A DNA stretch of 64,000 bases, taken from the NCBI RefSeq assembly GCF_021028975.2, contig NC_059427.1:73656001-73720000 (forward strand), in the 5' to 3' direction. Positions 11,233 to 24,810 of the stretch are shown in pieces; positions within the stretch are counted from its first letter, which is position 1, and each line of letters opens with the position of its first letter. The notes beneath the pieces are model-generated. The model was not told where the DNA came from, ran no database searches, and saw nothing but the letters and a program-made list of their open reading frames with translations. This stretch comes from Sphaerodactylus townsendi (Eukaryota). Position numbers and translations under genes: made by a program.

Positions 11233-13079
11233 AGAGGGAGGGCTGTTCAGCCAAAAGCCGAGCTTTGCTGAAATTATCTCTCAAACTCTGTCTGTAACAT
11301 GGTGGGCATGCAGATATAAGCAGATCCAATTTATTGAATTGAAAAAATTGAAAGTATTTCACAGGGGAAACACTCTGTAATTGGCTAAAGAGCATTGTCG
11401 CCTCTATCCTGAAAGCCCGTTTGGCCACTATTGCCTATGCAAAAGTTTTGGGCTGCAGAAACATAAATTGCCTGTAGAATGCTTGTCTGCCATTGGCCAA
11501 ACAGATAATTTGCAGCGAGCTCTCCCATTTACCAGTGAAGAATGCCTCCCGGTTGGCCTGGAAACTTAACCACACAGAGGGCAGGAAGAGGGAAAGGGAG
11601 AGTCTAGCAGATTCAAGGGCAGGGGTTTTTTTGCAGGTCTGCATAGACCCCCAGGAAGCCCACTACACAGTCCCAGCCAAGAAAAATTAGAAGATTTTTT
11701 TTAAAAAAAATTAAAAACCAAAAAGCCAAAAAAAATTTGGCTTATCTAGTCCCCTTGTATTCTGTTTGGCTGTTTCCGTGGGGGTTTTTAGGGGGTGGGG
11801 GTAGAAATAAAAGAATAAACTGACAAGGTTTTTTTCAGATTTGGGGGGTAATTCTGGTTTATCGAATCACCACCTCTAATTAACAGATCTATTTTTGCAG
11901 AACCCAGTTTTCTCCATGTTGTGTCCAACTATCAATGCACACTGCACTGCACTCAATGGCTCAATCTCCACCTTGTATTGGTTTAACATATTAGCCTCCA
12001 ATTCTAGAACTGTGCTGTCACCTCCTTGGCTAAACAAATTGGTGTGTTATATATTTCTCCTCCTTCTTCCTTTTGGGCAAATAGCTGCAGACAGTTCCTG
12101 ATTGCTGCCTGACAATGCATATAATTAAAAGCTGATTTACACATTACAAAATAATTTCACATAATGCATTCCAATTGCTCCTGTGGGCCACATTTGCAAG
12201 AGCAATTGTAGTATGTGAACTGAACCCCCACAGATATAGCCACAGCTACTCTAAACTAATTCCTCTGGCAAAGACAGCAGAAGTGAAGCTATTACAAATG
12301 CATAAATTGCCACAGGAATCTGTGGCTATATTTGTAGTGCATTCAGTTCCCAAGCTATACTTTTGTGCAAATGCAATTCATAAGGACAATCAGAACATAC
12401 TGTTCTTATAATAGGATACCTTGATAATTTCTAAGTCAATCTTACAAATACTCATATGTCATATTTGACATGAAATTGAAAACCAACTACATACATATAT
12501 TCCCCACAAAGTGCAAAGGAAAGGGCATATACTTAATGAATACTTCTTTATATCAATAGTCACAACAGCCCTTTAGCCCCAGCAAATGGAACATCTGAAA
12601 GATACCAGGCAGACATATCAACAACTAGCCATCTGGCTTCCTAGTTCCTAACCTCATCAGGTAGAGGTGCCAGAAAAACAATTGCTTTAAGAACCGTTGG
12701 AATTGTCCAGAACTTAAGCTCCACTCTAACATGTAGGCTCTGAATAGGCAACAACATTTAAAACCGATTAAAAAACAATCTGCCACTGAAAGCATCACCT
12801 GCACATCCCTGACAACAAAATGCTTGCCAAAATAAGCAGGCCTTGATGGTGCTTGAAGATACTCAGGCTTTGTCATAACCTAGGATGAAAGTATTTCCTG
12901 AGCTGAAAGAGAAACACTAAGACCAGTTATGGCTTTCAACAGCCCAACGTTTCAGCTACACACACTAGTTCAAAGAACCCCTTTAAAGCCACTAGTTATA
13001 ACTACACTTGCTGATCTCACTGGCCTTCCCAAAGTTAGTAGTCCAGTTTCTCTCAGACTTTCTTCTTTCTTACCTAACC

Positions 13080-13168
13080 TTCCTTCCTTCCTTCCTTCCT
13101 TCCTTCCTTCCTTCCTTCCTTCCTTCCTTCCTTCCTTCCTTCCTTCCTTCCTTCCTTCCTTCCTTCCC
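13080..13168. repeat. (TTCC)n microsatellite
   Basis: Direct reading. Confidence 0.95.
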
Positions 13169-13802
13169 CTCTTATAAGTATATAAAAATAAATTCCCTCT
13201 TTTTTAATTTAACCTAAAAGTCTCCTATTATTACTGCCATTGCCACACCTCATGCTGGCTAGTGAGAATCTTAGGGACAAGCCTAAGCAAGTCTACTGAA
13301 AAGTAAGTCCCAGGTTGTTCAGTTGGCTCACTCCCAGGAAAGTGCGGCCTTAGAGTCCTCATATACTCTGATCCACAGAAGCAATGGCAGATCCTGGCCT
13401 GGATTGCTGTTGTGCCATCCTTAAAACAGTTCCATGGATACTTAGAAGATTTGTTGTTAAGCCTCTTGCCCTCCAGCCTGTTAACGAGGCTGCATTACAG
13501 ACTTGATAAAATGAATAATGATGAAAGGTGAAAGAAACTGGGCAGGTGAATTTTTCTCACCTCTCAACAGTTCATCATTTTTTTAACTAAACATTGCCCT
13601 CACAGTTCCCATTATATCGACTGAAATTATTTTAGCTAAGCCAAATGTAATCTGAATGTAAAAAGCCCACACATACATTTCTGTGCATATCATCACTAGC
13701 CTAGATATTTCAATAGTGTTACTTCCTGCTGGAGCACACCCTGGTGATGTTATAGTGATCACTTACCTACCATTGCACTTTTATATGTTATTAAAATGCA
13801 TC

Positions 13803-13975
13803 TGACTAGGAAAGCTCAGGATAGCCTGAGCTCTTCAGATCTTGGACACTAAGCAGTGTCAGAGACCACCAAGGAATTCCAGGGTAATGACACAGAAGCA
13901 GGCAATGGCAACACCTCTGTTAGCCTCTTGCCTTGAAAACCCCATGGGATCGCCATAAGTCAGCTATGAGTTGAT
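13803..13975 (+). mobile_element. 5S rRNA-derived SINE with Sauria/BovB-type tail (5S-Sauria-like)
   Basis: gcctgagctcttcagatcttggacactaagcag..gagaccaccaaggaa resembles 5S rRNA, followed by gcaggcaatggcaa-cacctctg..cttgccttgaaaaccccatggg..cgccataagtc. Confidence 0.75.
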
Positions 13976-14269
13976 AGTTCCCCTAGACCCAAAAACAGCT
14001 AAAGCTTTTACTTCAGCAGTAACAGGAACGGTAATTAATCCCTGATGAAAGACAGAAAAGCAAACAAATGCATCGTCTATACACAGCACAAATACATTCA
14101 TTTATATTGATTTATAACTCCCTACCACTATCCAGTCCAATCCAATTATTATCCCTTCAACCATGAGTGGGAGCACCCAATCAGGCAAAAGAAACCAAGC
14201 AGTGAGCTCTTTAAACTTGCTCTGCTATAACTGCCGCCAAATATTTGGCCACCTGTACCGTAATTTGAA

Positions 14270-14500
14270 TCAGTGTAATATAGTGGTTAAGAGCAGCAGA
14301 CTCTAATCCAGAAAACTAGGTTTAATTTCCCACCCACCCACCCCCAGGCCATGAAGTCTATTGGGTAACCTTGGGTCAGTCCCAGTTTTCTCAGAACTCT
14401 CTCAGGTCACATAGAGGCAAGCAATGGCAAACCACCTCTGAATGTCTCTTGCCTTGAAAACCCTACAAGGTCACCCTAAGTCAACTGGATGCACAGTAAC
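14270..14500 (+). mobile_element. tRNA-headed SINE with Sauria-type tail
   Basis: Head tagtggttaagagcagcagactctaatcc..ggtttaatttccc; tail gcaatggcaaaccacctctg..gccttgaaaaccctac..gtcaccctaagtc. Confidence 0.75.
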
Positions 14501-14619
14501 ATACACATACACAGTAATTTAATTTTCTACATTTCTTAATAAGCAAGAAATTTTCTCAACCAGGGAATCAGGGCATCAAGGCCAGCTCCCATGGGAGAAT
14601 TAAGGGTAATCTTAAATTT

Positions 14620-16230
14620 GAAAACCAGGACAACTTAATATTATATGGTCAATAGAGACTATTCAATCTGAACCACAGGTGTATAACCAATCAGAAAATG
14701 GTATAACTTGGTATCTTCCCATTAAAACTGCAGATGGCAAACCATTCAAACATGTTAAAATAAATGCCCTTCTTAACTTTGGTGCTGTCAGCAGAAAAAA
14801 AATCTTGGCTTTTTAATCAGAGGGGAATGCCAATAGTAAAAACAGAACTTACTCTCCATGCTCCAGTGGTTGTGATTCTGTAGTCTTGATCCTTCAAATG
14901 ACATTTTAACAAATTGCTCATTTCCTGTTTTCTCAGGGCAACCATAATTTCATTTGTTATATTTACCGGTAGATATAACATCTTACTCTCCATCATCCTA
15001 TCCCAACTGGATTTATAAGGATCACTTCTAACAAGGTTCAAAAGCCTATTTTACTATTAGATTTTAAAATTTTGATTTTTAATAAATAAAAAGCATGCCA
15101 TGCTTGAGCTTCTAAAGACATTTCTCCTATTTCTACATGCAAAATTAGCCCAGCAACATATTTTGGGGCGTTCAGAAAGTCAATATTTTCTGTTACTACA
15201 TTAATCCAAACACCTGCTTGCATACAATGAGCATCCAGTAGCCATAGCACGGAAGGTCCAATTGCAGCTAGAACATATTGTCCTCCTGCGGTATTAAAAA
15301 TAATCTTGTGATGGCTCCAGCTGAACTAAAGGCAGCCCTCAATGCCAAATTCAGATAGATCTTCCAGGAAAGATTCACATGAAACATTGTTTCCAAATAT
15401 CCAAACTGCTCAACTTGATCAATCTTATGACCAGCAATTGACCATTTATCCTTTCTATTCCTTGATATCATACTAAAAAATTTTTTTTTAGGTTCTGGGT
15501 AATTAATAACCAGGCCTTCTTTGAAGCTGTAATCTGAGAAAGAATGAAAGAACCTATGTGTCCCCACCACAGATCTTGCCAGTAATACTGTATCACTGGA
15601 ACGTAATAGTGCTGGCACCTAAGTATGAGGTTAAGTATGATGAATGGAAACCACTACAGGACAGAAAAGTGCACAAATCATTATATAAATGCCATGTAGC
15701 AGTGGTGCAAGGGTGCAACCCTGCTGTAAACCCTTATTCAATACAGTTTGACCAGACAATTGACCAGAGGGGCCACACTTCACTTGAACAGGAGATCATA
15801 GAAAACCCGGAAAACCCACCACTTCCTAGATCATAGAGTTGTCGGATTAAAAGTAATAATCTTGTCCTCAGTAATAATCTTGGCCTGTTCTTGACCCAGA
15901 ATTACCTCTTCTTCCAACCAGGTTGGTAACTTGTTGGAAGAACTCAGCTGTCTCACTATGGATAACAAACCAATAGGACAGCAATTATGCAGATCCAAAA
16001 AAATCACCCTTTTTATAGATTGGCACAATTATCAAATTGTTATCTATTATCTTACTCTCACTGGTCTGGGTAAAAATCACTTCCAGAATCACTGCCAGAA
16101 TTTCTGCCCACCAATCAGCATTTGCATGTTAAAGCTTTGGAGGAATCAGAACCTGGTACCTTACCAGTTCTTATCTGATTTATCAGACTACTGAGCTCTG
16201 TTTTAGTTATCAGAAACCACTTATCCATTT
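14620..16230 (-). mobile_element. Degraded non-LTR LINE ORF2 (RTE-X-like)
   Basis: Successive minus ORFs read N..PIGLLSIV..W.EE..ILGQEQA; PALL..DTVLLARS..G; WSIAGHKIDQVEQFGYL; VW..P.YVAG..L.VEIGEMSLEAQAW. These match RT and post-RT segments similar to the 40795-41737 copy. Clade assignment is tentative. Confidence 0.7.
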
Positions 16231-16551
16231 CAAAAACATAGAGTCGAACATCACCAGTATCCATCCTGGGTGTGGGTGTGGCAAATAAAGCTGTAAAATG
16301 CTCTTCCTAGTGGTTAGCAGGAATATAGAAGGCACAGGAAATCTCCCATTTAATTTTGTTACTGTCTTTGGATTTTACCATCTAGACCCAATGATTCCAT
16401 TTACCCAATACCAGCTCCTAGTGCCATCCATTCCAATTCTGAAGATGCAGAGCAGCACAAGTGAAACACACATGTTGGGATGTGGTGGTACAATCACTTT
16501 AATACAATCACTTTATTATAAGTCAGGTCATTATAACTTGCTTGATTCAGC

Positions 16552-16860
16552 AGCTTAGGGAGCTGGGTATGTTTAGCCTGGAGAAGAGAAGGTTTAAGTA
16601 TTTGAAGGAATGCCATGTTGAAGAAGGAGCAAATTTGTTTTCTGCTGCTCCAGAGACTAGGACAAGGAGTAATAGATTCAAAGTACAGGAAAAGAGATTC
16701 CACCTAAACACTAAACACTAGGAAGAACTGACAGGTAGAACTGTTCAAAGACTGGTGAAGTGGATTGCCATCTGTCAGGAATGATTTGATTGCGTATTCT
16801 TGCATGGCAGGGAATGGGACTGGATAGTCCTTGTGGTCTCTTCCAACTCTATAGTTCTAA
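16552..16860 (+). mobile_element. CR1 LINE 3' fragment
   Basis: Reads LRELGMFSLEKRR..KYLKECH.EEG..LFS..PETRTRSN.FK.QEKRFHLN; tail ggtctcttccaactctat. Confidence 0.85.
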
Positions 16861-19555
16861 CAAGAGTTATATGCATGGGCACTTCTGTAGTTGTTCCAAT
16901 TATAGGATATCACAAAATAAATTACAGAAGCAACCATCTGGAGTTATTTGCTCTGAAAACAGTTTAATGTGATGCCTCTTAACACTTCTGTTCCCTTTTT
17001 GTGTCAAACTGTGATCTGGAATGCAGAGGTTAATGGGAAAGAAGGGGCAGGGACTGTCGTAGCAAAACAGAAATGGGGAAACAGGGAAATTGGACTCTTC
17101 TTCAAACCTTTCACTGGATGTATTCCTTCTTTCAAGTTTTATTTTTTTCTTATTTACCAAAAGACAAATAGGCATGCTAAGATTCTTGCAAAGCAATTTG
17201 CTGGTCTGCCTTTAACAATTATGGATATACTGTGTTTAGAACTCTTTGAAAGGTTTGATATAGAAGATACTGTTGTTTATATTCTAGTTTTCCCTCCAAA
17301 CTGCCTGTTTTTTTAAAAAAATCTCTTTCAAATTCCTGTAATTTTTATTAACTCTAGTTTTTGATGTAAATGGCCTCCTTTTATTTCCAAAACTATAATT
17401 TTCTGGTTGGATTATGTTGCCATTTCTATTAACATGCATTTTTTTAAAAAAACATGCATGGTTCTAAAGATCCCATGCTAGAAACTGTAGATCAATAAAC
17501 AGCAGTGCTTTTGTGCTGAGCTAGATGGTAGCATTAACTAAGCAAGGAAAAAAGCAGGATTCACAACATGTTATAAAGGAATGTTGCTGTCCACTCTCTA
17601 TTACTTTTTTTTTTTTTGGCAAGGGCAGGAATTAGAAATCCAAGTGACTATGCTGGAAAGCCACCAATTAAGGCTTAAATAAGCAGGCTTACAGGATATT
17701 TATTTATTTATTATAGGTTTTGCTATAGTGCCCACTCTTTCAAGGACATAATTTGTGCCTAGTACTTTGTTTTTGCTCCCATAAGATATTAAGCAGAACT
17801 GCACAATTCTGTAGTGAGGTGTTTACTTTCCCCAAACTAAGCAAGAAGTGGAAGACCCTGTAGTGGGTGGTGGACTGCATTTGTCAGGAATCATTCTCTT
17901 TGTTTTTACTAATTTGGCGGCAGCAGAACTATGGTCTTTGTGCCCACTACCTGGAAAGCAAGTGATGCTGACTGTGTTGGGTCTGGTAGCCCTTATTTAT
18001 TTGATTTGACTTATACTTCATCCTTTCCTATCAGAAAATCACTTCCTAGCTGTTAATGTTCCTGCAAACAGGAAAGGCCACTTCCAGGAGATGGATGCAA
18101 TTCCAGATCCCATCTAGGATGCTTCTGAAATTTTTCAGCCTTGGGAGGGCATGACGACTGACCCACTGCTTCTGGACCATGCTGTAGAATAAATCAACCC
18201 TGGTGAGGAAGCTGGTATCCATGCCTGCTGACTCAGCATGTGGCTACCTATGTGGAATGAGCACAGTGCCACCACTACTGTCCAGCACTTGCCCACAGAT
18301 ATCAGCTTGTTGCTACTGCAGGAAGCACAGCCTAGTGTCCCTCCAACCCTGCCAGAAGTCTGAGCCCTCCTGGTGATCCCCCAAAATCTAACCCTGGGTC
18401 ATTTTGCACCCTTGGCAACTACCACATTTCAACCACAGAGGAAAGAGGGGGAAAGAAATGGGCCATTTGAGAAGAGCTTCACCACTTTTGGCTAACAAAA
18501 ATACATGAATGAACTGGCAAATGACTCAAAGCAACTGACCGGATTACAAATAGCCTTGAGAATTTGAACCGAAGACAGAGCACCACTTCTGACTGGCATA
18601 AAGTCTGTCCAGTGGGAAGAGGTTCGGAGTTGGGTCATAGATCATTGGAACCCTTTTCTTTGGAGCACGAGCGTGATGACAATTTAAGTGTGTTTAGGGA
18701 GTGGCCAGGCCAGGCTGGGATTCTGATAGGGATGCCAACCTTTAAATTGGTCCCTCTAGCTGTCCCTTTAATGTCAGTTTGATTTGTGAGCAATTATCAG
18801 TTGACAGTTAACTTCCTGTGAATAAAAGCTTTCACTGCCCATTTCTGCTAATAAAACATGTAATAGAGCTGAAATAAGGTCAAGTTGGGCACACAAAGCT
18901 TAGGGAAAAATATGTAAAATGTGCATTTACTCTCCCTTGCTGTCATCCCACTAAGAAAATGGCACATATCTATGAATACAAATTGAAACAACAAAGCAGG
19001 GGGCCCAGGTCCATTTGAGCAAAAGGGACAAGCCCAGCTCCTTGCTTCCTTTCAACAGAAGTAAACTAAAAGTCTTTACTGAACATAATTCAGGATCAAG
19101 ACTTGCGGTCTGTCAGTTGCCTCCTTAATCAATCTCATCTTTGTGGGCCTCAGGCAAGTTACTCCGTATGCTCCAACTAGAGGACCCCCCCACCCCATAC
19201 CATGTGCATGTATGGTACAATAGTAATATTAATTATCACCTGCCTAAGAGATGGTTAAGAAAAGGTAGTCTCCTGTGCAAAGACCAGGTCATTAGGGTTA
19301 GGGTTAGTTTTGTTAGTTTTTCTTTAATAAAGGATGAGTGGCATTTACTGTTTATCCTGTGGTTGGGCTTGCAGTCACTCTCACTGAGGGTCAGTGGTTA
19401 TGGGATGGTAATACAGGCCTAATAGGCCACATTCTCAGTTGCGATTGATAATCACAATAATTCCCTTGGGAAGGAATTGTGACGTAAGTGTTTGCAGTAG
19501 CTCTCCCTGCTCTGCAGTGACAGCATAATGTGATAATTCAAAAACGTTCATTCTC

Positions 19556-19701
19556 NNNNNNNNNNNNNNNNNNNNNNNNNNNNNNNNNNNNNNNNNNNNN
19601 NNNNNNNNNNNNNNNNNNNNNNNNNNNNNNNNNNNNNNNNNNNNNNNNNNNNNNNNNNNNNNNNNNNNNNNNNNNNNNNNNNNNNNNNNNNNNNNNNNNN
19701 N
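19556..19701. other. Assembly gap (N run); further gaps at 20152-20309 and 41738-41876
   Basis: Runs of n in the sequence. Confidence 1.
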
Positions 19702-20091
19702 ATCTTTAGGTGGTTGTTGGCCTTCATTACAATTCGAGCCTCACCCAGAGGCCTAGGAAGTTGTAATGTATCAGTGTAGTATTCGTGCAGATCCCAGCAG
19801 GGCTGCCTTCTGAATTTGACCAATGTTAATTTTTTCAATTCGAAGATGTTTCAAGTGCTGCCCTAGTGTTTTCAGGATGGTGCCCAGAGTGCCGATTACC
19901 ACTGGGATGACCTCAGCTGGTTTGTGCCATAGACACTGAAGCTTGATTTTCAAATCGTGGTATCTAGTGACCTTCTCGTGTTCTTTTTCATTGACCCTGC
20001 TGTCACCGGGGACTGCTATGTCGATGATGGTCACTTTCTTGTCCTCGATCATGGTGATGTCTGGTGTATTGTGTTTCAACACTTTGTCCAT
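19702..20091 (-). mobile_element. R4/Dong-clade LINE, 5'-truncated, restriction-like endonuclease domain
   Basis: ORF DKVLKHNTPDITMIEDKKVTIIDIAVPGDSRVNEKEHEKVTRY..VIPVVIGTLG..QKAALLGSARIL carries the PD..D.A.P..EK motif of R4-type REL endonucleases. Confidence 0.85.

Positions 20092-20127
<36 letters not shown>
20092..20127. repeat. (TTG)n / (CAA)n microsatellite
   Basis: Direct reading; abuts the 5' truncation of the R4 fragment. Confidence 0.95.
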
Positions 20128-20128
<1 letters not shown>

Positions 20129-20309
20129 AGATTTCACAGCTGCCAGATCTTNNNNNNNNNNNNNNNNNNNNNNNNNNNNNNNNNNNNNNNNNNNNNNNNN
20201 NNNNNNNNNNNNNNNNNNNNNNNNNNNNNNNNNNNNNNNNNNNNNNNNNNNNNNNNNNNNNNNNNNNNNNNNNNNNNNNNNNNNNNNNNNNNNNNNNNNN
20301 NNNNNNNNN

Positions 20310-23300
20310 TCATCCCCGAAGGGCTCTAGGCGGTTTACAACACGTAATATCTAACAACAATTAAAACATAATTACAACCCTTAAAATCAACAGCAACATA
20401 CAAAAATCCTGAAACTGAGGCAGCTTAAATCGCATATGGGTGGCGCCTGGGTCCAAGGCCAGGAGGGGCAGCAATGCCAAGAGATGGAACCAATATGAGG
20501 CATTGCTAAAGTTGACAACATACAGCAGGGGCCTCACCAGGGGGCAGCCAATCCCCTGCCAGCCTCTCCAAAAGCCTGGCAGAACAGCTCAGTTTTACAG
20601 GCCCTGCGGAACTCACCAAGGGCCCGCAGGGCCCGAACAGCTGGTGGGAGAGTGTTCCACCAGGCAGGGGCCAGGGCTGTAAAGGCCCTGGCCCAGGTAG
20701 AGGCCAGCCACATCATTGAAGGACAGGGGACTTCCAGCAGCTCCGCTGATAAGGAGCGCAGCGGCCTATTTGGGACATATGGGGTAAGACAGTCCCGCAA
20801 GTATGAGGGCCCCAAGCCGCGAAGGGCCTTAAAGGTTAACACCAACACCTTGAAGACGACCCGGAATTCCACTGGAACCCAGTGCAGATGGCACAATACA
20901 GGGGTAATATGGTCTCGAAAAGAGACCCCCATAAGCAATCAGGCTGCTGCATTCTGGACCAGTTCCGTGTCAGTCTCAAGGGAAGGCCCGCGTAGAGCGA
21001 TTTACAGTAGTCCAATCTCGAGGTGACCATCTCATGGATCACAGTGGCAAGGTCAGTCTGGGAGAGGTAGGGGGCCAGCTGTCGAGCCTGGCGAAGATGG
21101 AAAAAAGCTACCTGGGTAACATGGGCCACCTGGCCCTCCATAGAGAGCAAGGCGTCCAGGCGGACCCCCAGGCTGCATACCAGGGAGGTTGGGGCCAGTG
21201 TGACCCCTTCCAAAACTGGCAGCTGAAAATCCCTAGGCCTCTCACCATGACCCAGCCAAAGGACCTCCGTCTTCGATGGATTAAGTTTTAACCTGCTCTG
21301 CTTTAACCAACCAGCAACCAACTCCAGACAATGCTGTAGAGCTGCAGGGGCAGAGGTCGCCCCCCCTCAACAGAATGACCTGGGTGTCATCATATTGGTG
21401 ACAACTCAGCCCAAAGCTCCGCACCAGCTGAGCAAGAGGGCGCATGTAGATATTAAATAACAGCGGAGATAACAAGGCCCCCTGGGGTACCCCGCAATGG
21501 GCACCGTTGGGAGGCCCGGTCCCCGCATCACACCTGCTGACCCCTATCTCGGAGAAACGAGGCAATCCACTGAAGGACAGTGCCCCGCACCCTGGAAGCA
21601 GCCAAGCTGTGGGTCAAAAGGTTGTGGTCGACCACATCAAACGCTGCAGTAAGATTGAGCAATACTAACAGCGTCGATCCACCCTGGTTGAGCTGCATGC
21701 GGAGCATATCTGTGATAGCGATGAGGACAGTCTCCATCCTATGTCCAGCACGGAAGCCGGACTGGAAGGGATCAAGTGCTGATGTGCCCTCCAGAAAGCC
21801 CTGAAGCTACTCCAACACCACTCTCTCAATTACCTTCCCCAGAAATGAAAGATTCAAGATGAGGTGGTAATTGGTCAGATCACTGGGATCTAAGGATGGT
21901 CTTTTCAAGAGTGGGTGGACCACCGCCTCCTTCAACCCACCAGGAAATACTCCTTGCTCAAGGGAGCCATTGTAGATATTCAACAGGTGGGGTCACAACT
22001 CCTCCCGGCATGCTTTTATTAGCCAGGAGGGGCACGGATCCAGAGGACAGGTAGTAGGTCTAACAGCAGCCAGGACTCTGTCAACATCAGACTCAGTGAG
22101 CAGGGAAAACTGGTCCATACAAGAACCTGAAGATGGCAACGGTGCCTCGAGTTCACTAACTGTATCAAAAGTGGCCAGAAGGTTCCGGCGGAGCAGCGTG
22201 ACTTTATCTGCAAAAAAGCTCATAAATGCCGCACAGCCAAATGGGAATTTGTGGTCCTCTCAGTCAAAGACGTAAGGGACCGAATGATCAGAAATAGTTG
22301 AGCCAGGTGAGAGCTAGCAGATGTGAGAGAGGATGAAAAATGCCCCCTTTTCACCCTCTTCGTCGCCAACTCCTAGGCCTTCATAAACGTCCTATAAGTT
22401 GTTCGTGCAGCCTCACCACCAGACTTTCTCCACACTCGTTCTAGACGTCTGAGCTCCCATTTCATCATGCGCAGCTCCTCGGTATACCAGGGAGCTCGCC
22501 GTGCACAGGGGCGCAGAGGACGCCGGGGAGCAATCACCTCAATGGCATCAGAGAGCCTGCAATTCCAGTCCCCCACCTGCTCATCGAGGGTGCCAGGGGG
22601 TTCAGGATCCCGCAGAGCATTCAGGAATCCAATCGGCTCCATAAGTCTCTGCGGGCGGACATAAATCACGAGCATGTCCACCTGGACCTCAAAGACAAAA
22701 TGGTCGGACTATGGCACTCTGTCAACAGAGGATACAACCATATCAACTCCCAACCCAAAGACCAAATCCAAAGTGTGACTGGCCTCATAAGTGGCACCAG
22801 AATTTAATAAGGAGAGGCCTAGCATCGCCATGAATGACACTAGGTCCACAGCCACTGAACATGAGGCGGTATTGACATGGACGTTGAAGTCACCCAAGAC
22901 AATAAGTCTAGGGAACCGCAATGCCCAGTCAGCCACCACCCTCAGCAGCTGTGGCAGGCTGTTCCCTGGTGCGCTAGGCGACTGGTACACCAGGAAGATG
23001 GCCAACCTCTCCTGAGACAGCTACTCAAGACCAGCACATTCCATGCCAGTGATCCTTGGGACAGGGATAGCCCTGAAGGGGATCGAATCCTGGATGAACA
23101 TTGCTACACCACCACCCTGGCCCTGAGTTCGAGATTGGTGGACATATGCGAAACCTGGAGGTGAGAATTCGCCGAAGGCAACTGTCTCCCCATCACGCAC
23201 CCAGGTTTCGGTGCTACATGCCAGGTCCATCTGCTTCGCCCCAAGAAAATCCCGGAGCATTGCAATCTTATTATTAATGGACCTAGAATTAATCAACACC

Positions 23301-23545
23301 AAGGATGAAACAGGAAGTACCTGAGCCCCACAGCCCACATTCCTCGGGATAAGTTGGAGGTCAGAAGGGGGGGGCGAGCATAATTGCTTCTCACCCGCCT
23401 TCTCTCATATGGCCCCCGCCTACCGTCATATCTACCCCGTCCCGATCCAACTGGAATCCTGTCCCGATAGTGCTGCCCCCAAGCCCCCACCATCCCCTCC
23501 CATTACCGTGACCCAAGACGTGACTAGAGCCATCGGCTGCACTGC
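20310..23545 (-). mobile_element. L2 LINE with near-complete but frameshifted ORF2 (APE endonuclease + RT)
   Basis: LINSRSINNK..TETW; VLGDFNVH; HTLDLVF; TTCPLDPCPSWL; LNLTAAFDVVDH; GVPQGALLSPLLFNIYM; QY-DDTQ; LKLNPSKTE; TSRLDYC; HITPVL..LHW.PV..R..FKVLVLTFKAL; 3' stem-loop next to the gap. Confidence 0.95.
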
Positions 23546-24639
23546 TCTTTTTGACAATAAGTTATTCACAAAACATTTTAAATAAATGCAACTACTTCAT
23601 TTTATATTTAAGTTTTCTCCAAAAAAGTGGGTTCCTGAGTCAACAGTAAATTTTCTCCAAGCAACTTAATGGGACATTGACCTAATAAATCTCCAACACT
23701 ATCGGGTATGTGATACACATTGAGTATTAAACCCAAAGGTAGTTTTTAAAATTTAAATACTGATATCTTTCAATGTATAGAAAGTATTTATAGTATTTAG
23801 GGCTAAAAAAAATCCTTACTCTTCCCTAGGCTTCCAGGAATTGAAACTTTAGATCATTGGTGTTAACACCTGAGGTTACAATCTTGTTGCATTCCTACTT
23901 GGGTGTAAGTCCTGTTGAACACAGGGGGCCTTATTTCCAAATAAAAAGTGCAGAGTATTAGAGGTCATGCAACTTAACATGGTAATTTTTTAATGTACAT
24001 TTGAGAAGCTTTATATACAATGTTTAGACAAGAATCTTTTAAAAGTGTAGGATTAAAATTAAGGTAATTATTTTTATTTATTTTATTTTAAAATTTCTTT
24101 CAATGTGTAATTATTATCAAGTAATAAGCTTTGACATGCTAAAAGTCTGCATTTTTGTTGACCACTGTTTGACTGAAATATGTGTAAGGTATCTTCTCTT
24201 TCTCAATCCTCTTTCTCTCTCTGAGAATCAGCTATATTAACCATTCAAAAGTTCAGTGTCAATCAAAAGTCGATGTCAAGACCATTGTCTATGTCAAATT
24301 TCCTCAGTTCTCCATCAGTGCTCTGCTTCCTGCAAAGATAATTATTTCAGGCTAGCAACCCAAGGCATGAGAAGATGGTGGCTAGGGAGCACTGCTCCTC
24401 TCTAGCCATGTTTTATCCCGTCTTACCATCATTGGTGGTGGTTGTCATCTCTCTGTGTTATCCTCCATTAGATTTCTTCTGTGGGTGTCTCTGTGTGCTG
24501 GTGTTACCCACTCCACTCTTGTGTGTGTATATGTTCTTTCTTTCACCTTCTGTGCAACCATTTTGCAGTAGCACCTGCCACTCTGGCTCAAAATTACAAA
24601 TGTGCCTGGAGAATCAAAAGGTTGGAGACTGATTGGGGT

Positions 24640-24810
24640 TAGACTATCCTATTAGGATCTGATAGACTCAGGTTTTCTTTTCTGTCATGAAACCTTGCTG
24701 GATGACCTTGGCAGCCAAACACCCTCAACCTAATCTACCTCACAGGATTGTTGAGGATAAAATGAAGTTAAGGAGAACATTGTAAGCTGCTTTGGGTCTC
24801 CATAGGAGAG
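24640..24810 (+). mobile_element. Degraded Squam3/MIR-like SINE
   Basis: gctggatgaccttgg..cctaatctacctcacaggattgttgaggataaaatg..tgtaagctgctttgggtctcc. Confidence 0.7.

Noticed and set aside
13803-13975. 5S rRNA gene (also 32865, 53993)
   Set aside because: Partial, diverged 5S similarity fused to a Sauria tail indicates a SINE, not an rRNA gene.
19548-20354. ORFs with poly-X, poly-C or poly-V
   Set aside because: Artefacts of N gaps and the (TTG)n microsatellite.
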